Source: Piromyces finnis finn (Eukaryota; Fungi; Neocallimastigomycota). From it: 64,000 bases of DNA. This document shows positions 50,687-61,598 of this stretch, piece after piece; the first letter of the stretch is position 1; each line of letters opens with the position of its first letter. Where the stretch lies: contig MCFH01000074.1 of assembly GCA_002104945.1 (NCBI GenBank), positions 160,177-224,176 on the forward strand. The letters run 5' to 3'. Position numbers and translations under genes: made by a program. The notes beneath the pieces are model-generated. The model made no database searches. It saw only the letters and a list, made by a program, of their open reading frames with translations, and was not told the DNA's origin.

Positions 50687-53600
50687 ATGGAAGAGAACGA
50701 AAACAACCACATGGATAATAATAATATTTTCGAAAACGCAACTCTTAAGGATGGTTTTGCAGGGGATCGCAGGTATCTGAAGGGTTTCTTAGCTAAGGTG
50801 GAGCTAGTGTTTATGCTATATCCTGAACGGTATCAAGACGACGCAACCAAAATTCTCTATATAATATCAAGACTTTATGGGGACGCTATGAATTGGGCTG
50901 CTACTCTTATAAACAACCATGATCCGTGTCTTAATAACTACCAAGCTTTTGTTGACAGATTTAAGGCTTTTTATGGTTATAACGATGCTACCTATGTTGC
51001 AAATCAAATGCTTAGAACCTTAAAACAACGCCGATTAGGAGGAATTAGAGGCTATATCTTGGAATTTAACCGCTATGCTGATGAATCAAACTGGAATGAA
51101 CAAGCCAAAATGGATGCATTTATAGCTGGCCTTAATCAACAAGTTGCAGTTCGTATTTTGGAAATGTTTCCGGGTCCTAGGGATCTTCTTTCATTACAGA
51201 CTATTGCTTCAAGAATCGATTCAAGATTATCTACACACCATACCTTTTTCCCTTCTGGTTCAAACAATGACCAAAACCGAAAGAAAAGATCTTTTCATCA
51301 CTCTTCAAAAATAACAAAGTCCATTACAAACAGGAATAACCATGGCCCTATCTCAAACGAAGAAAAGGAAAGAAGAAAGAAAGAAAATTTTTGTGTGTAT
51401 TGTGGTGCTTCAAGTCATAAGCTTAATAATTGTCCAAAAAGAAAGAATAAAGATCGTGAAAATCCTTCACTAATATCTATTCCCACACTTATATCCGCTC
51501 CTAAAGAAGAAAACAAAACTCATAATAAAATGACAACTAAATTTAAACTTTCTTATGAACTAAATACGGATATTCTTATTGACTCAGGATCCAAACTTAA
51601 TTTAATTGATGTAGATTACTGTAACGATAATAACATTCCTTATCATGATGACGGTAACCTACCAAATATCGTTGGTATCGGTGGTCGACAATCTCTTTTT
51701 GGAATTACATCTCCTTTGAATCTTCGCTACAAAGATCATCTCTGTCGAACACAATTCTATGTAACTGATCTACCTTATTATCCTTGTATTCTTGGAATAG
51801 ACTGGCTTAAAGAACACAATCCTTCTATCGATTTCACAAAGAACAAAATTTCATTTGTATCCGATTACTGTTATAATCGTTGTATAACACTCTCCAATAA
51901 TGTCCCTGAATTTCCTGAAGAAAGATCTGCTTTTCCTGCAATGGAAAATCCTTCCTACGAACCTCCGCATGATTCATTCGCTTACCCTATATTTGTCGAT
52001 AAACAAAACATCCAATCTCAAAACGAAACTAATCGTACTTGTACTATTCTCTGTTCGGGTTCTTCAAAAAATATTAACAATTCTGTTTCTAAGAAGTCTT
52101 CTGTTAACTTTTCTACTTCGTCTCTCTCAAATCAAGAACCAACTTCTGTTTTGACTTCTTTTTCTGATTCTAATATTCATTCCAATTCTATTCTCAAATC
52201 CGATTCAAACTCTAAATCAGAACCTAATTCTTCTATTATACTTCCGGATGTTCTCTCTGACTTTGCTGATGTCTTCAATGAATCTAATGCCGAAAAACTT
52301 CCTCCACACCGTCCATACGATTGTGAAATAAAACTCAAAGAAAATTCAAAACTGTTTTATGGACCGATTTATCCCTTAACAGAAACCGAATCAATTGCTT
52401 TAGAAGAATATATAAAAGAAAATCTCAAGAAAGGATTTATTAGAAAATCAAAATCGCCTGCGGGAGCTCCTATTCTGTTTGTACCTAAGAAAAACGGTCA
52501 ACTTCGTATGTGTGTTGACTATCGCCAATTAAACTCCATAACTATTCGTGATTCTTATCCCCTTCCTCTTATACAAGATATGCTTGAACATCTTGGAAAA
52601 GGGAAGATTTTCTCAAAATTGGATCTTCGTTCTGCCTATAACTTGGTCAGGATTAAAAGTGGTGATGAATATAAAACCGCTTTTACTTGCAAGTTAGGTC
52701 ATTTTGAATACTGTGTGATGCCTTTTGGGTTGAAAAATGCACCTGCTGTTTTTCAACATTTCATTAATGATGTTCTTGAAGACGTTCTTGGTAAATTCGC
52801 TTTCTCTTACATAGATGATATTATTATTTTTTCCTCGGATTATAAATCTCATATTTCTCATGTCAAAACTGTTTTGAAACTCCTGAGGGATGCTGGGCTC
52901 TATGCTAAATTGGAAAAATGCGAGTTCTTTGTTTCTTTTATTGATTTCCTTGGTCATAGGATTTCTACTGATGGTATTCACATGGACCCAAATAAAGTTT
53001 CTTCTATTTTAAACTGGCCTACTCCATCTAATGTTAAAGAGGTTCAATCTTTTCTTGGTCTTGCGAACTACTACCGTCGATTTATTCCAAATTTTGCAAA
53101 GATCGCTCATCCTTTGCATAAACTTTTGAAGAAAAATGTTAAATTTGTATGGTCTAAAGAAGCTCAAGATGCTTTCGATTCACTCAAGTCCTTATTTGTT
53201 TCTGCTCCTGTTCTTATATTTCCTAATCGTGAACTTCCATTCATAGTCGAAACTGATTCAAGTAACTTTGCCATTGGTGCTATTCTCTCGCAAGTCTCTC
53301 CAATTGATAATATGACCCATCCAGTTGCTTTCTTTTCTCGCTCTCTTACTGGTCCTGAACGTAATTATCCAATATATGATAAAGAGCTCTTAGCTATCGT
53401 TGCTGCTCTTGAAACATGGCGTCATCTACTTAAAGGCTCTTCTTCTACTTTTAAGATTTACTCGGATCATCGAAATTTACTCTATCAAAAAAAACCTGAA
53501 AAAATGTCTCAACGTCTTGTTCGCTGGGCTTTGTTTCTCTCTGAATTTAACTTTGTTATTATTTATCGTTCTGATTCTTCTAACGGTAAGCCTGATGCCC

Positions 53601-55129
53601 TATCTCGTCGTCCTGATTATGCTATCAATTCGAATTCCTCTTCTGATGTTCCTTTTAATGTTCTTCGCCCTGAAAACTTTTGTGCCATTGTGACTTCTGT
53701 TTCGTCCATTAGTGATTCTTTTCTTTCCGAATATATAAATGATGACTTTTACAATAAAATCTGTGAATATCTTGATTGTAGGAAACCTCCAATACCTCAC
53801 CCTCAAATTGACAAATTTTCCTTAAGCAATAGTTTTCTCCTTTTTACTGACAGAATCTATGTTCCTCCAAATTGTCGTCTTTCAATTCTTAAACTCTGTC
53901 ACGACTCTCCTTCAGCTGGTCATTTCGGAATAAAGAAAACATCTTCTCTTATTGCTAGAGACTTCTGGTGGCCTTCTATTTCTTCTGATGTTAAAGACTA
54001 CGTTCGTTCTTGTGAAGTTTGTTGTCGTTCAAAAACCTTTCGTCATAAACCTTATGGTCTTCTGAATCCTCTTGATATTGCTGAGCGTCCTTGGTCATCC
54101 ATTTCAATGGATTTCATTACAGATTTGCCTTCATCTTCTGGTTTCACTTGCATTCTTGTTGTTGTTGATCATCTTACAAAAATGGTTCATCTCATTCCGT
54201 TCAAAAGTATTCCTTCCGCCGCCGAAACAGCCACAGCCTTTATTGATAATATTTTCCGTCTTCATGGCCTACCTGAATCTATTGTCTCGGATAGAGGTTC
54301 TCAATTTACCTCTAAATTCTTCCAATCCATCTGTTCCTCCCTTGGCATTGAACTTAAGTTGTCTACTCCATTTCATCATCAATCAAACGGTCAGACGGAG
54401 AGGGTGAACTCCGTTATAGAACAATATTTAAGATGTTTCTCAAATTATAAAGGTTCAAATTGGAAAAGTTTTCTTAGTCTTGCAGAATTTAGTTATAACA
54501 ACGTGGTTCAAGAATCATCCAAATTTTCTCCATTCTTTTTGAATTACGGCTTTCATCCAAAATATTCACCAGTTATTCCAGACTTATCTAAAGTCCCAAG
54601 AGCAGAAGAGTTTACAAGAGATTTTAAAACTTTAATTAATACCTTAAAAGAAAATTTAAAATCTGCCATGGAAACCCAGAAGAAGCATGCTGACAAACGT
54701 AGAAAAGAAGCTCCGAATTTTAAAGTTGGTGACAAAGTTTGGCTGGATAGTTCTTTAATTATCCACAAAGGAAATAAAAAATTTAAGCCAAGAAAACTCG
54801 GCCCATACAAAATCTTGGAAAAAATATCAAATGTTACATTTAAATTAAGTCTCCCAAAATCTATTAAGATTCATCCAGTTATTCATGTATCCAATCTCGA
54901 GAAATATGTCGAAGATAAATTTGGAAGATCTCAACCACCACCGCCACCTATTACCGTTGACAATGAAGAAGAATACGAAGTTGAAGAAATTCTGGATAAA
55001 AGAAGACATTACGGAAAAATACAATACCTGATTAAATGGAAAGGGTATTCAATCAATGAAGCTTCGTGGGAGCCTGAAGAAAATCTAAATTGCAAGGGGC
55101 TACTTAAAAAATTTAATAGAAAGAAATAA
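50687..55129 (+). CDS. D Gag-Pol polyprotein with canonical chromodomain (1480 aa)
   Basis: [14 protein letters not shown] knuckle, LIDSGS, RT YIDD, RNase H, integrase, [32 protein letters not shown]. Confidence 0.95.
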   Translation: MEENENNHMDNNNIFENATLKDGFAGDRRYLKGFLAKVELVFMLYPERYQDDATKILYIISRLYGDAMNWAATLINNHDPCLNNYQAFVDRFKAFYGYNDATYVANQMLRTLKQRRLGGIRGYILEFNRYADESNWNEQAKMDAFIAGLNQQVAVRILEMFPGPRDLLSLQTIASRIDSRLSTHHTFFPSGSNNDQNRKKRSFHHSSKITKSITNRNNHGPISNEEKERRKKENFCVYCGASSHKLNNCPKRKNKDRENPSLISIPTLISAPKEENKTHNKMTTKFKLSYELNTDILIDSGSKLNLIDVDYCNDNNIPYHDDGNLPNIVGIGGRQSLFGITSPLNLRYKDHLCRTQFYVTDLPYYPCILGIDWLKEHNPSIDFTKNKISFVSDYCYNRCITLSNNVPEFPEERSAFPAMENPSYEPPHDSFAYPIFVDKQNIQSQNETNRTCTILCSGSSKNINNSVSKKSSVNFSTSSLSNQEPTSVLTSFSDSNIHSNSILKSDSNSKSEPNSSIILPDVLSDFADVFNESNAEKLPPHRPYDCEIKLKENSKLFYGPIYPLTETESIALEEYIKENLKKGFIRKSKSPAGAPILFVPKKNGQLRMCVDYRQLNSITIRDSYPLPLIQDMLEHLGKGKIFSKLDLRSAYNLVRIKSGDEYKTAFTCKLGHFEYCVMPFGLKNAPAVFQHFINDVLEDVLGKFAFSYIDDIIIFSSDYKSHISHVKTVLKLLRDAGLYAKLEKCEFFVSFIDFLGHRISTDGIHMDPNKVSSILNWPTPSNVKEVQSFLGLANYYRRFIPNFAKIAHPLHKLLKKNVKFVWSKEAQDAFDSLKSLFVSAPVLIFPNRELPFIVETDSSNFAIGAILSQVSPIDNMTHPVAFFSRSLTGPERNYPIYDKELLAIVAALETWRHLLKGSSSTFKIYSDHRNLLYQKKPEKMSQRLVRWALFLSEFNFVIIYRSDSSNGKPDALSRRPDYAINSNSSSDVPFNVLRPENFCAIVTSVSSISDSFLSEYINDDFYNKICEYLDCRKPPIPHPQIDKFSLSNSFLLFTDRIYVPPNCRLSILKLCHDSPSAGHFGIKKTSSLIARDFWWPSISSDVKDYVRSCEVCCRSKTFRHKPYGLLNPLDIAERPWSSISMDFITDLPSSSGFTCILVVVDHLTKMVHLIPFKSIPSAAETATAFIDNIFRLHGLPESIVSDRGSQFTSKFFQSICSSLGIELKLSTPFHHQSNGQTERVNSVIEQYLRCFSNYKGSNWKSFLSLAEFSYNNVVQESSKFSPFFLNYGFHPKYSPVIPDLSKVPRAEEFTRDFKTLINTLKENLKSAMETQKKHADKRRKEAPNFKVGDKVWLDSSLIIHKGNKKFKPRKLGPYKILEKISNVTFKLSLPKSIKIHPVIHVSNLEKYVEDKFGRSQPPPPPITVDNEEEYEVEEILDKRRHYGKIQYLIKWKGYSINEASWEPEENLNCKGLLKKFNRKK

Positions 55130-55879
55130 AAAATAGTTAAAAAATTCAAATTATATTTATTATTAATATTAAAATCACAATTATTATTATTATCAAAACT
55201 TATTAATATCATTATCAATATCAATTTTATTATTAAACAATTTATTAATATCAAATTTATCAATATTTTATTTTTAACTTTAGTAATATTAAAAAAAAAA
55301 AAAATGTATTTTATTATATTAAATGTATTTTTATAATTAAGAAAATTCACTCCTTAGTTTAGTTTATTAAAAAAGAAAAACATATATTTAAATATTAAAA
55401 TTCTAGATTCGTTTGGTATCCGAATCCTGGAGGAGGACCATGTAATGAATACTAGAAATAACTAAATTGTCTTAGTGGTTAGTAGCTAAGACTTTGAGTC
55501 TGAATGACACTAGTTCGAGACCTCATAGATACTATTTTAAAAAAATTATAATTTTATTTTATTTTATTTTATTTTTAAATTTTATTTTATATGAAGATTA
55601 TTGATTGGTTAAGAATTTTAAGTTGAAAAAATTTTATAAATTAATTTAAAAAATTTTTAGTATAAATACGAGTGAATTTTCCCAAATATTTTAAAGAATC
55701 GAGATTTTATTAATAAATAATTATATTATTAAACACTAACTTATTAAGTTAAATTCTATGTGTTTTTAATGATATTTTTATAAATTAATAATTTACAGAA
55801 TATTTTAAAGTGTTAATATTACTAAGTTATTTAGTAAATATTATAATTTGTTTTATTGTTAAAGACACATTTCTTTACA

Positions 55880-57284
55880 ATCCATAACAGAGTTTGAGTA
55901 AGCTTGAAATATCGTTTCCGAGATTCTTCCAACAGCTGGTTTGTTAATATTATATTTCTTTAGAGCGGTACGTGTAATAATATTTACACTGGCACAAGTG
56001 TCCAGAAAAATATTACATGAAACTTCTTCAACTTTTCCTTTAACTTTAATTATTTTATTTTTACTTATTGCTGTCATTACGTTTGTAATGGTATTTTTAG
56101 GTTGAAGTTTTAACGCTTTTAGAAATTCCGTTCTAAATTTCGGGAACAAGTCCAATAGGTAAGCTAACTTTGTCATTACTTCGGTTGAAGCAACTTCCTT
56201 AATTAAATCTTGTATATAATATTTTTCAAAATCTTCCATTAGGTTAATATGTCTTTCTTTCAGTTTCTCAGGTAATTCTTTTTGTACTAATTTTATTGAA
56301 GTATTATCACTATTTTTAGTAGAATTATTACTAACATTTACTCTTTCACTCATCTCTTTAAATTTCACTTGTTTATTTTTTTTCTTAACATTATTTATAT
56401 TTTTATTTGCAATTATGGAAGGATCTAAAAATTTTAATTTCTCTGTTTTATTAATATTTTCATCTTGTTTATTTAGATTTTTCTTTTCCTTTGCTATTCT
56501 CCTATTGTTTTGTGATTGATCGTTATCCACAAGGTAAGTTTTATTGAGAGATTCAATATCTGATTCTTCGCTTTGATTATAGTCTTCTTCTAATACCATG
56601 TCTTCATCTTCTTTCTCTACAGGTATTATTTTATCACTTTTTAATTTTTTATTACTATCTATTTTATTACTTAATTCACTTTCATTAACACCATTTTTAT
56701 TATGATTACTATTATTGTCTTCAATACGGGGATTTATATTTATACTACCAACGTCTACATTGCTTTTGACCTTGCTATTATTTGTAATCTTGTTATTATT
56801 ACTTACATTTTCATAATTGTCTGTATTTGGAAAATGGAGATCTGGCAACTTAGCATTATAATTCATTGCATCGGTCTGTATGGGCCTTGGATTATCTTTC
56901 AATTTTGATTTTAGTTTATCATTATGGTATGGATTACTTCTATTATTGTTATCCTTTTCTCTACGAGTAGCGACAGCCACCATTTCAAGAGAATCATTAT
57001 TGAGATAACCAATTTCATTATTATAACCACTGTGTAATGTGCTTGTTTCTTGTATATATGTATTGTTGTAATTATTATTGAATAAATTATCCTCAACATT
57101 TGTATTATCATAAATATTATCGTGTTTTTTTATTATAATTATTTTGATCACCATTAACAATAGTCATCAAATTATTTTTATTATTGTTATTATTATTATA
57201 TTTCATATTGTTATTTATATTATTAGGGTGGATTATAGTGGTTTGATTAATGGAAGTTGTCCTTCTTCCATTTATTAGTTTAAA
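55880..57284 (-). CDS. G pol, 5' part (N-rich spacer and protease)
   Basis: Protease IFLDTCASVNII. The -1 frame from the slippery site at 57284 is open until a 7-A run at about 57125-57131, where a 1-nt indel (mutation or sequencing error) shifts into the 55859-57160 ORF. Confidence 0.78.
57249..57284 (-). promoter_or_regulatory. Putative -1 ribosomal frameshift signal of G
   Basis: T TTA AAC directly before the gag stop, 5-nt spacer, stem AATGGAAG/CTTCCATT with an 8-nt loop. Confidence 0.78.
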
Positions 57285-58375
57285 GGCTTCTTTAATAATC
57301 CTTTCTCTTCCATTTCAGCTAACTGTTTATAACTATATGGACAATTTGGCGATTTGTGCCCTGCTTGGTTACATTTAAAACATGTAATATTTTTATTTTC
57401 TCTATAGATTCTATTATCCTGATGATAGGTGTTATGATTGTTGTTATGGTTTTGATTACTATTATTATTAATAATGCTAGGATAAGCATTATTTTCAATG
57501 TATGTATTCTGAGATTGGTTCCAATTTTTATAAGATGGTTTGTTTCTTGCCAGCATAACATTAGCTTGACCATACTTCATGTTATGATTAAAATTATTAT
57601 TTCTTCTTTCATTGTTTTTAGCGTTATAATTCATTCCTCTGTTATTATTGTTTCCAAAGTTATTTTGAGGATAATTATTAATTTGTGAATAGTCCATTAA
57701 GTTATTGTTTAAAGTATTTGGGTTTATATAATAAGGGGGAGTATTAAAATTTCCAAAGAACGGGTGACCTAAAAGAGGGTTATTGTACTGGTTATTAAAA
57801 GCTTGAGTAAGCATAACATTAGTTCCATTATTATTATTGCTAGAATTTGTTCCTGTAATTTCTCTTTCAGCTCCTTCGGCAATTTCAGCAACTTTATAAG
57901 CTTCATCTAAGGTAGAACATTGAGAGGTAATCACACTGGAACACGGATAGAATCTGGAATTAATTGCATTTGTATAATCTTTTACAGAGATTAATTTTTT
58001 GAAATCCTCACTAAGATGGTTGTACATCTTTTTATGTCTACAATTAAATTTTCTTATAGTTTCACCCATATTAATCTTTATAGTTTTAAGGTTAGAGCAT
58101 TTATCAGACTCTGTTATTTCTAACGAAGCTTCAATGGCTTTTTGAATTTCATGAAGACTTGGATAAATTTTCTTATTTCCTTCTTCTTTTACCAAGATAT
58201 CTAAATCTCCATGAATTTCTTCTTCTACAGCTTCTTTCACCCAATTAAAAAGTTTTCTTGCATCTGTGATGTCATGCAAGTCCATAATTCTAGAAAAGTC
58301 AGACACCCAACTGTCGACATCTTTTCCATAATCTTCGAGAAGAGGAAGTACCCTTTGTAGTTTTGTAGCATCCAT
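57275..58375 (-). CDS. G Gag (366 aa)
   Basis: CCHC knuckle TCFKCNQAGHKSPNC, N-rich region, first ORF after the PBS. Confidence 0.9.
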   Translation of the reverse strand: MDATKLQRVLPLLEDYGKDVDSWVSDFSRIMDLHDITDARKLFNWVKEAVEEEIHGDLDILVKEEGNKKIYPSLHEIQKAIEASLEITESDKCSNLKTIKINMGETIRKFNCRHKKMYNHLSEDFKKLISVKDYTNAINSRFYPCSSVITSQCSTLDEAYKVAEIAEGAEREITGTNSSNNNNGTNVMLTQAFNNQYNNPLLGHPFFGNFNTPPYYINPNTLNNNLMDYSQINNYPQNNFGNNNNRGMNYNAKNNERRNNNFNHNMKYGQANVMLARNKPSYKNWNQSQNTYIENNAYPSIINNNSNQNHNNNHNTYHQDNRIYRENKNITCFKCNQAGHKSPNCPYSYKQLAEMEEKGLLKKPLN

Positions 58376-58661
58376 TATATTATTATTTAATTATTTACTT
58401 AAAATTATAAAATGTTTTAATTATGAGATTTGTTTTATAAAAAAAATGAATAAACTTAAATATAATAATTTATTTATTATTAAAAAAAATTTTTTTATAT
58501 ATATAATTATAAAAATATCTTAGTAATAAGAACTATCTTAATAAAAAAAAACGAATAAAACTAATATTAAAGTAATAATTTCTTTTATATAATAAAAATA
58601 ATAGTTAAAATTATTAATAATTATTCTTCTTTATTATTTTCATATTACTTTATCTTGCTTC

Positions 58662-58678
58662 GCCCGGATTCTCCACCA
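58662..58678 (-). promoter_or_regulatory. tRNA primer-binding site of G (likely tRNA-Ala)
   Basis: TGGTGGAGAATCCGGGC is complementary to a tRNA 3' end GCCCGGATTCTCCA-CCA, which resembles eukaryotic tRNA-Ala 3' ends as I recall them. It lies 6 nt inside the LTR end. Confidence 0.7.
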
Positions 58679-59307
58679 AAATTATGATACAATATTTTTA
58701 TAAAGTAACATAAAATAATATTTATTTGTTTTTAGGACTAAGCAAGTGGGAATAGTATAAAGTAATATATTCTAACAAAGAAAATTAACTAAGAATAATT
58801 TATTGTAAAATTATAATAACACTAAAACTAGAATAATAATATTTGTTTTTTTTTTATAATATATTTTTTTTTTTCTTTATTTATTAATAAATATTTTAAG
58901 AGGTTTATAAGTAAAATTAAGAATAAGAATAAAATACTAAGATTTAATATCTTTAATAAAAATATAGAATTATTCAACTAAATAATAATTCTCTTCCAAA
59001 AAAAATAATAATATAATAAAATAAAATAATCCTAAAAGTTTTACTTATTCTTTTTTTTTTATAACTTATTTTTATCTTTCCTAATTAACGTCTTTTTCTT
59101 TATAATATTTTTTTTTCTTTTTTTTCTTTATCTATTTCTATCAACTCCGCTATAATACTATTATTAATTATATTACATTGAATAAATTCTTGTACATATT
59201 TAATTACATTACTTAAATGTAAGAATTAAATTATTATTATAATTTAACCTATTTTCACCTATAATTTATTATTATTTCTTATTTTTATAGTAACAACGTA
59301 TCAATAT

Positions 59308-60161
59308 TGCTACGGTTCAAATAAGATATCACAAAACACTTGAATAGTTATAAAAATAAAAATTTATTTAATTTTAATTTTTATTCATTTAATTTTTGAT
59401 TTTTCAATTTTTAAAATTTTTCTCAAAAATCCTCGTACTTTTTCCAACTATCCATTATTTGAAATTTAATGGTTTTGGATAGCTAAGGATTTAAATTGAT
59501 TTCATTCATAATATATGGATCATTCACTGTAACATATATTAATTAAATCCTTAATATATATTATGAATAATCTCTTAATATTTGAATAGAAAAATTTTTA
59601 ATTTATAATTAATAAAATTTTAATTTATGATATGTGTAACATTTTTGCATATCATATATTATATATTTAATTATGACATATAATAAAATTATATTATTCA
59701 ATTAATTATGCCCTTTTTTAGACATAAATAATAATTTTTCTGTCGAGGTATCTTCTGTTTTGTGTGTAACAGTTGCCTCTTTTAGTAAAAATTATAATTA
59801 AATTCTATGTCATAATTTCAAATTATAAAATATTATACAATAAAGTTAATTAATAAAATAAACCTTAAATAATAATAAAATGCCTATAACTATTTTAATA
59901 ATAAAATTTTGTAAAATTTATAAGTATAAAATATTATAAGTAATTATACTAATACTAATAATAAAGGTCTTAAATAACTATATACAAATAATATAACTAT
60001 ATAATAAAAATATTAATAATTACTAGAAAAATGTATAAAAATTATATATTATAATTTTTATATTTTAAAAATAGAGTTAAACACTAGTAAGGAATATAAA
60101 TAGTTGAAGGTTAATTCCTAAAATTCTAGCTAATTCAACTATTTATGTTCATTCCTTAACA
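59308..60161. repeat. Solo LTR H2
   Basis: Colinear with H1, with scattered substitutions. TG...CA ends, flanked by ATAT on both sides. Confidence 0.88.
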
Positions 60162-60165
60162 ATAT

Positions 60166-61106
60166 TGTAGTAATTTCTTATTATTGTTTACAGAAATTAC
60201 TATCTACAATAATATTAACGAACAATATTGTAGTATTATTATGCGGAAATAAGAAGTATTGAACAAATTAGAATAGAAAATAGAAAGTAAAAATAAAACT
60301 TATCGAGTTTATTATAAAGATTTATAATAAACAACCAAACACAAAGAGTCAAATGGGTCGTAAGTTTTTTTATTTAAATTACTGATTTATTAGAAGGATA
60401 TTTTATTTAATTAAAAAGAAAAATGTATTTATGTTATTTATTATAACGTATTCCTTTATAATAATAACTCTTGAATTTCTAAGGAATTTCAAGAGTGTTT
60501 TATTTATAATTTTATTAAAAAATAAGGTTAAATAAACGGGTTCTAATCTTAACAAATAAAATGTTTAGGAAAAGACTAGAAGAAAAACCTAAACATGATT
60601 TTCGATCAATATTCTAGTCATATTGATCTTCGTGTAATTTTAAGTAAAACCGAATGCTTCTTTAAAGCGAAATCGGGAAAACCTTAAAATTCCGATTCCT
60701 ATTTTATCCGTGCTTAATACAATACATAAAATATAATTAATACATAATTTAAAACAATAAGTGTAATGAATATAGTTAGTCAAAATTAAATGTATAAGAT
60801 AAATAATAAGTAAGTAAATTATTTATATTAATTAAATGTACATAAAAATTAATAATTAAATAAATTTATAAAGTTAATTAAATATATAAGAATATAGCAA
60901 GTAAATAAATTTTATATTTTATATAAGTGTATAAAAAATTAATATTTTAAGTAAATCATAAGTATTAACTAAATGAATGAAATATTAAATAATTTAATAA
61001 ATTATTAGTAATAGTTGAATGTATAGAAAATAATAATTTAAATAAATTTGTATTAAATAATAAGAAATAATAATTATTCAATTATGAATAATTAATATTT
61101 CTTACA
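60166..61106. repeat. Solo LTR F (941 bp) abutting the tRNA gene
   Basis: TGTAG...CTTACA, 5-bp TSD AATAT (60161-60165 / 61107-61111), ends 14 bp upstream of the tRNA +1. Confidence 0.82.
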
Positions 61107-61120
61107 AATATATTTAAGTA

Positions 61121-61213
61121 GCTCGTGTAGCCTAGAGGTTTAAGGCGTCGTGCTTATAAGGGTGATCCTCTTATGCAACGCGAAGATCGCGGGTTCGACC
61201 CCCGCCATGAGCA
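61121..61213 (+). tRNA. tRNA-Ile (anticodon TAT) with 19-nt intron at 61159-61177
   Basis: Acceptor stem GCTCGTG/CATGAGC, anticodon arm TCGTG-CTTATA^A-CGCGA, T-arm GCGGG-TTCGACC-CCCGC, intron one base 3' of the anticodon, T-tract downstream. Resembles yeast tRNA-Ile(UAU). Confidence 0.96.
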
Positions 61214-61598
61214 ATTATATTTTTATATTTAAAAATATAAATAATTTATATGAATATTTAAATTTTTATTAAATAGATACAAAAGAAAAGAAAGAAAAGG
61301 TCAATTTATTATAAAAATTAAAGCAAAAAATTAAAGTTAATAATTATTTTAAATATCCATTTTATACAGAAATATAAAAAGTTTTTAAGTTATTTATAAT
61401 TTTTCTTCAAGTTTTGAATTAGTCGTTTTTAGTAATTTTTATTCAATTATTTATTATTTTAAAAGTTAAAGGGATTCAAAAAAAAAAATTTAAATATGGC
61501 ACTAGAATTAATAATTTGATTTACAATATTATATTTTGAATTTATTTATTAATTTTTATTTATTATTATAATTTCAATACATTAATAATTTAAATAAG

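Larger units (their letters stand above)
42496..55879 (+). mobile_element. Chromovirus element D, inserted in G pol; its 5' LTR is split by C
   Basis: TSD ATCCA (42491-42495 / 55880-55884). 439-bp LTRs: 42496-42507 plus 49369-49795, and 55441-55879 (TGC vs TGT at base 3). PPT GGAGGAGGA at about 55429-55437. Confidence 0.95.
38107..59303 (-). mobile_element. tRNA-primed Ty3/gypsy element G without chromodomain (interrupted by D and C)
   Basis: LTRs 38107-38722 (3') and 58685-59303 (5'), TGATAC...GTATCA ends, a few differences. 4-bp TSD ATAT. PBS at 58662-58678. Confidence 0.95.

Noticed and set aside
14339-60161. H1 and H2 as the two LTRs of one giant 46-kb element
   Set aside because: Only complete elements I and G and 4-5 bp spacers lie between them. 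There is no H-specific internal region, PBS or PPT, and each copy has its own TSD.
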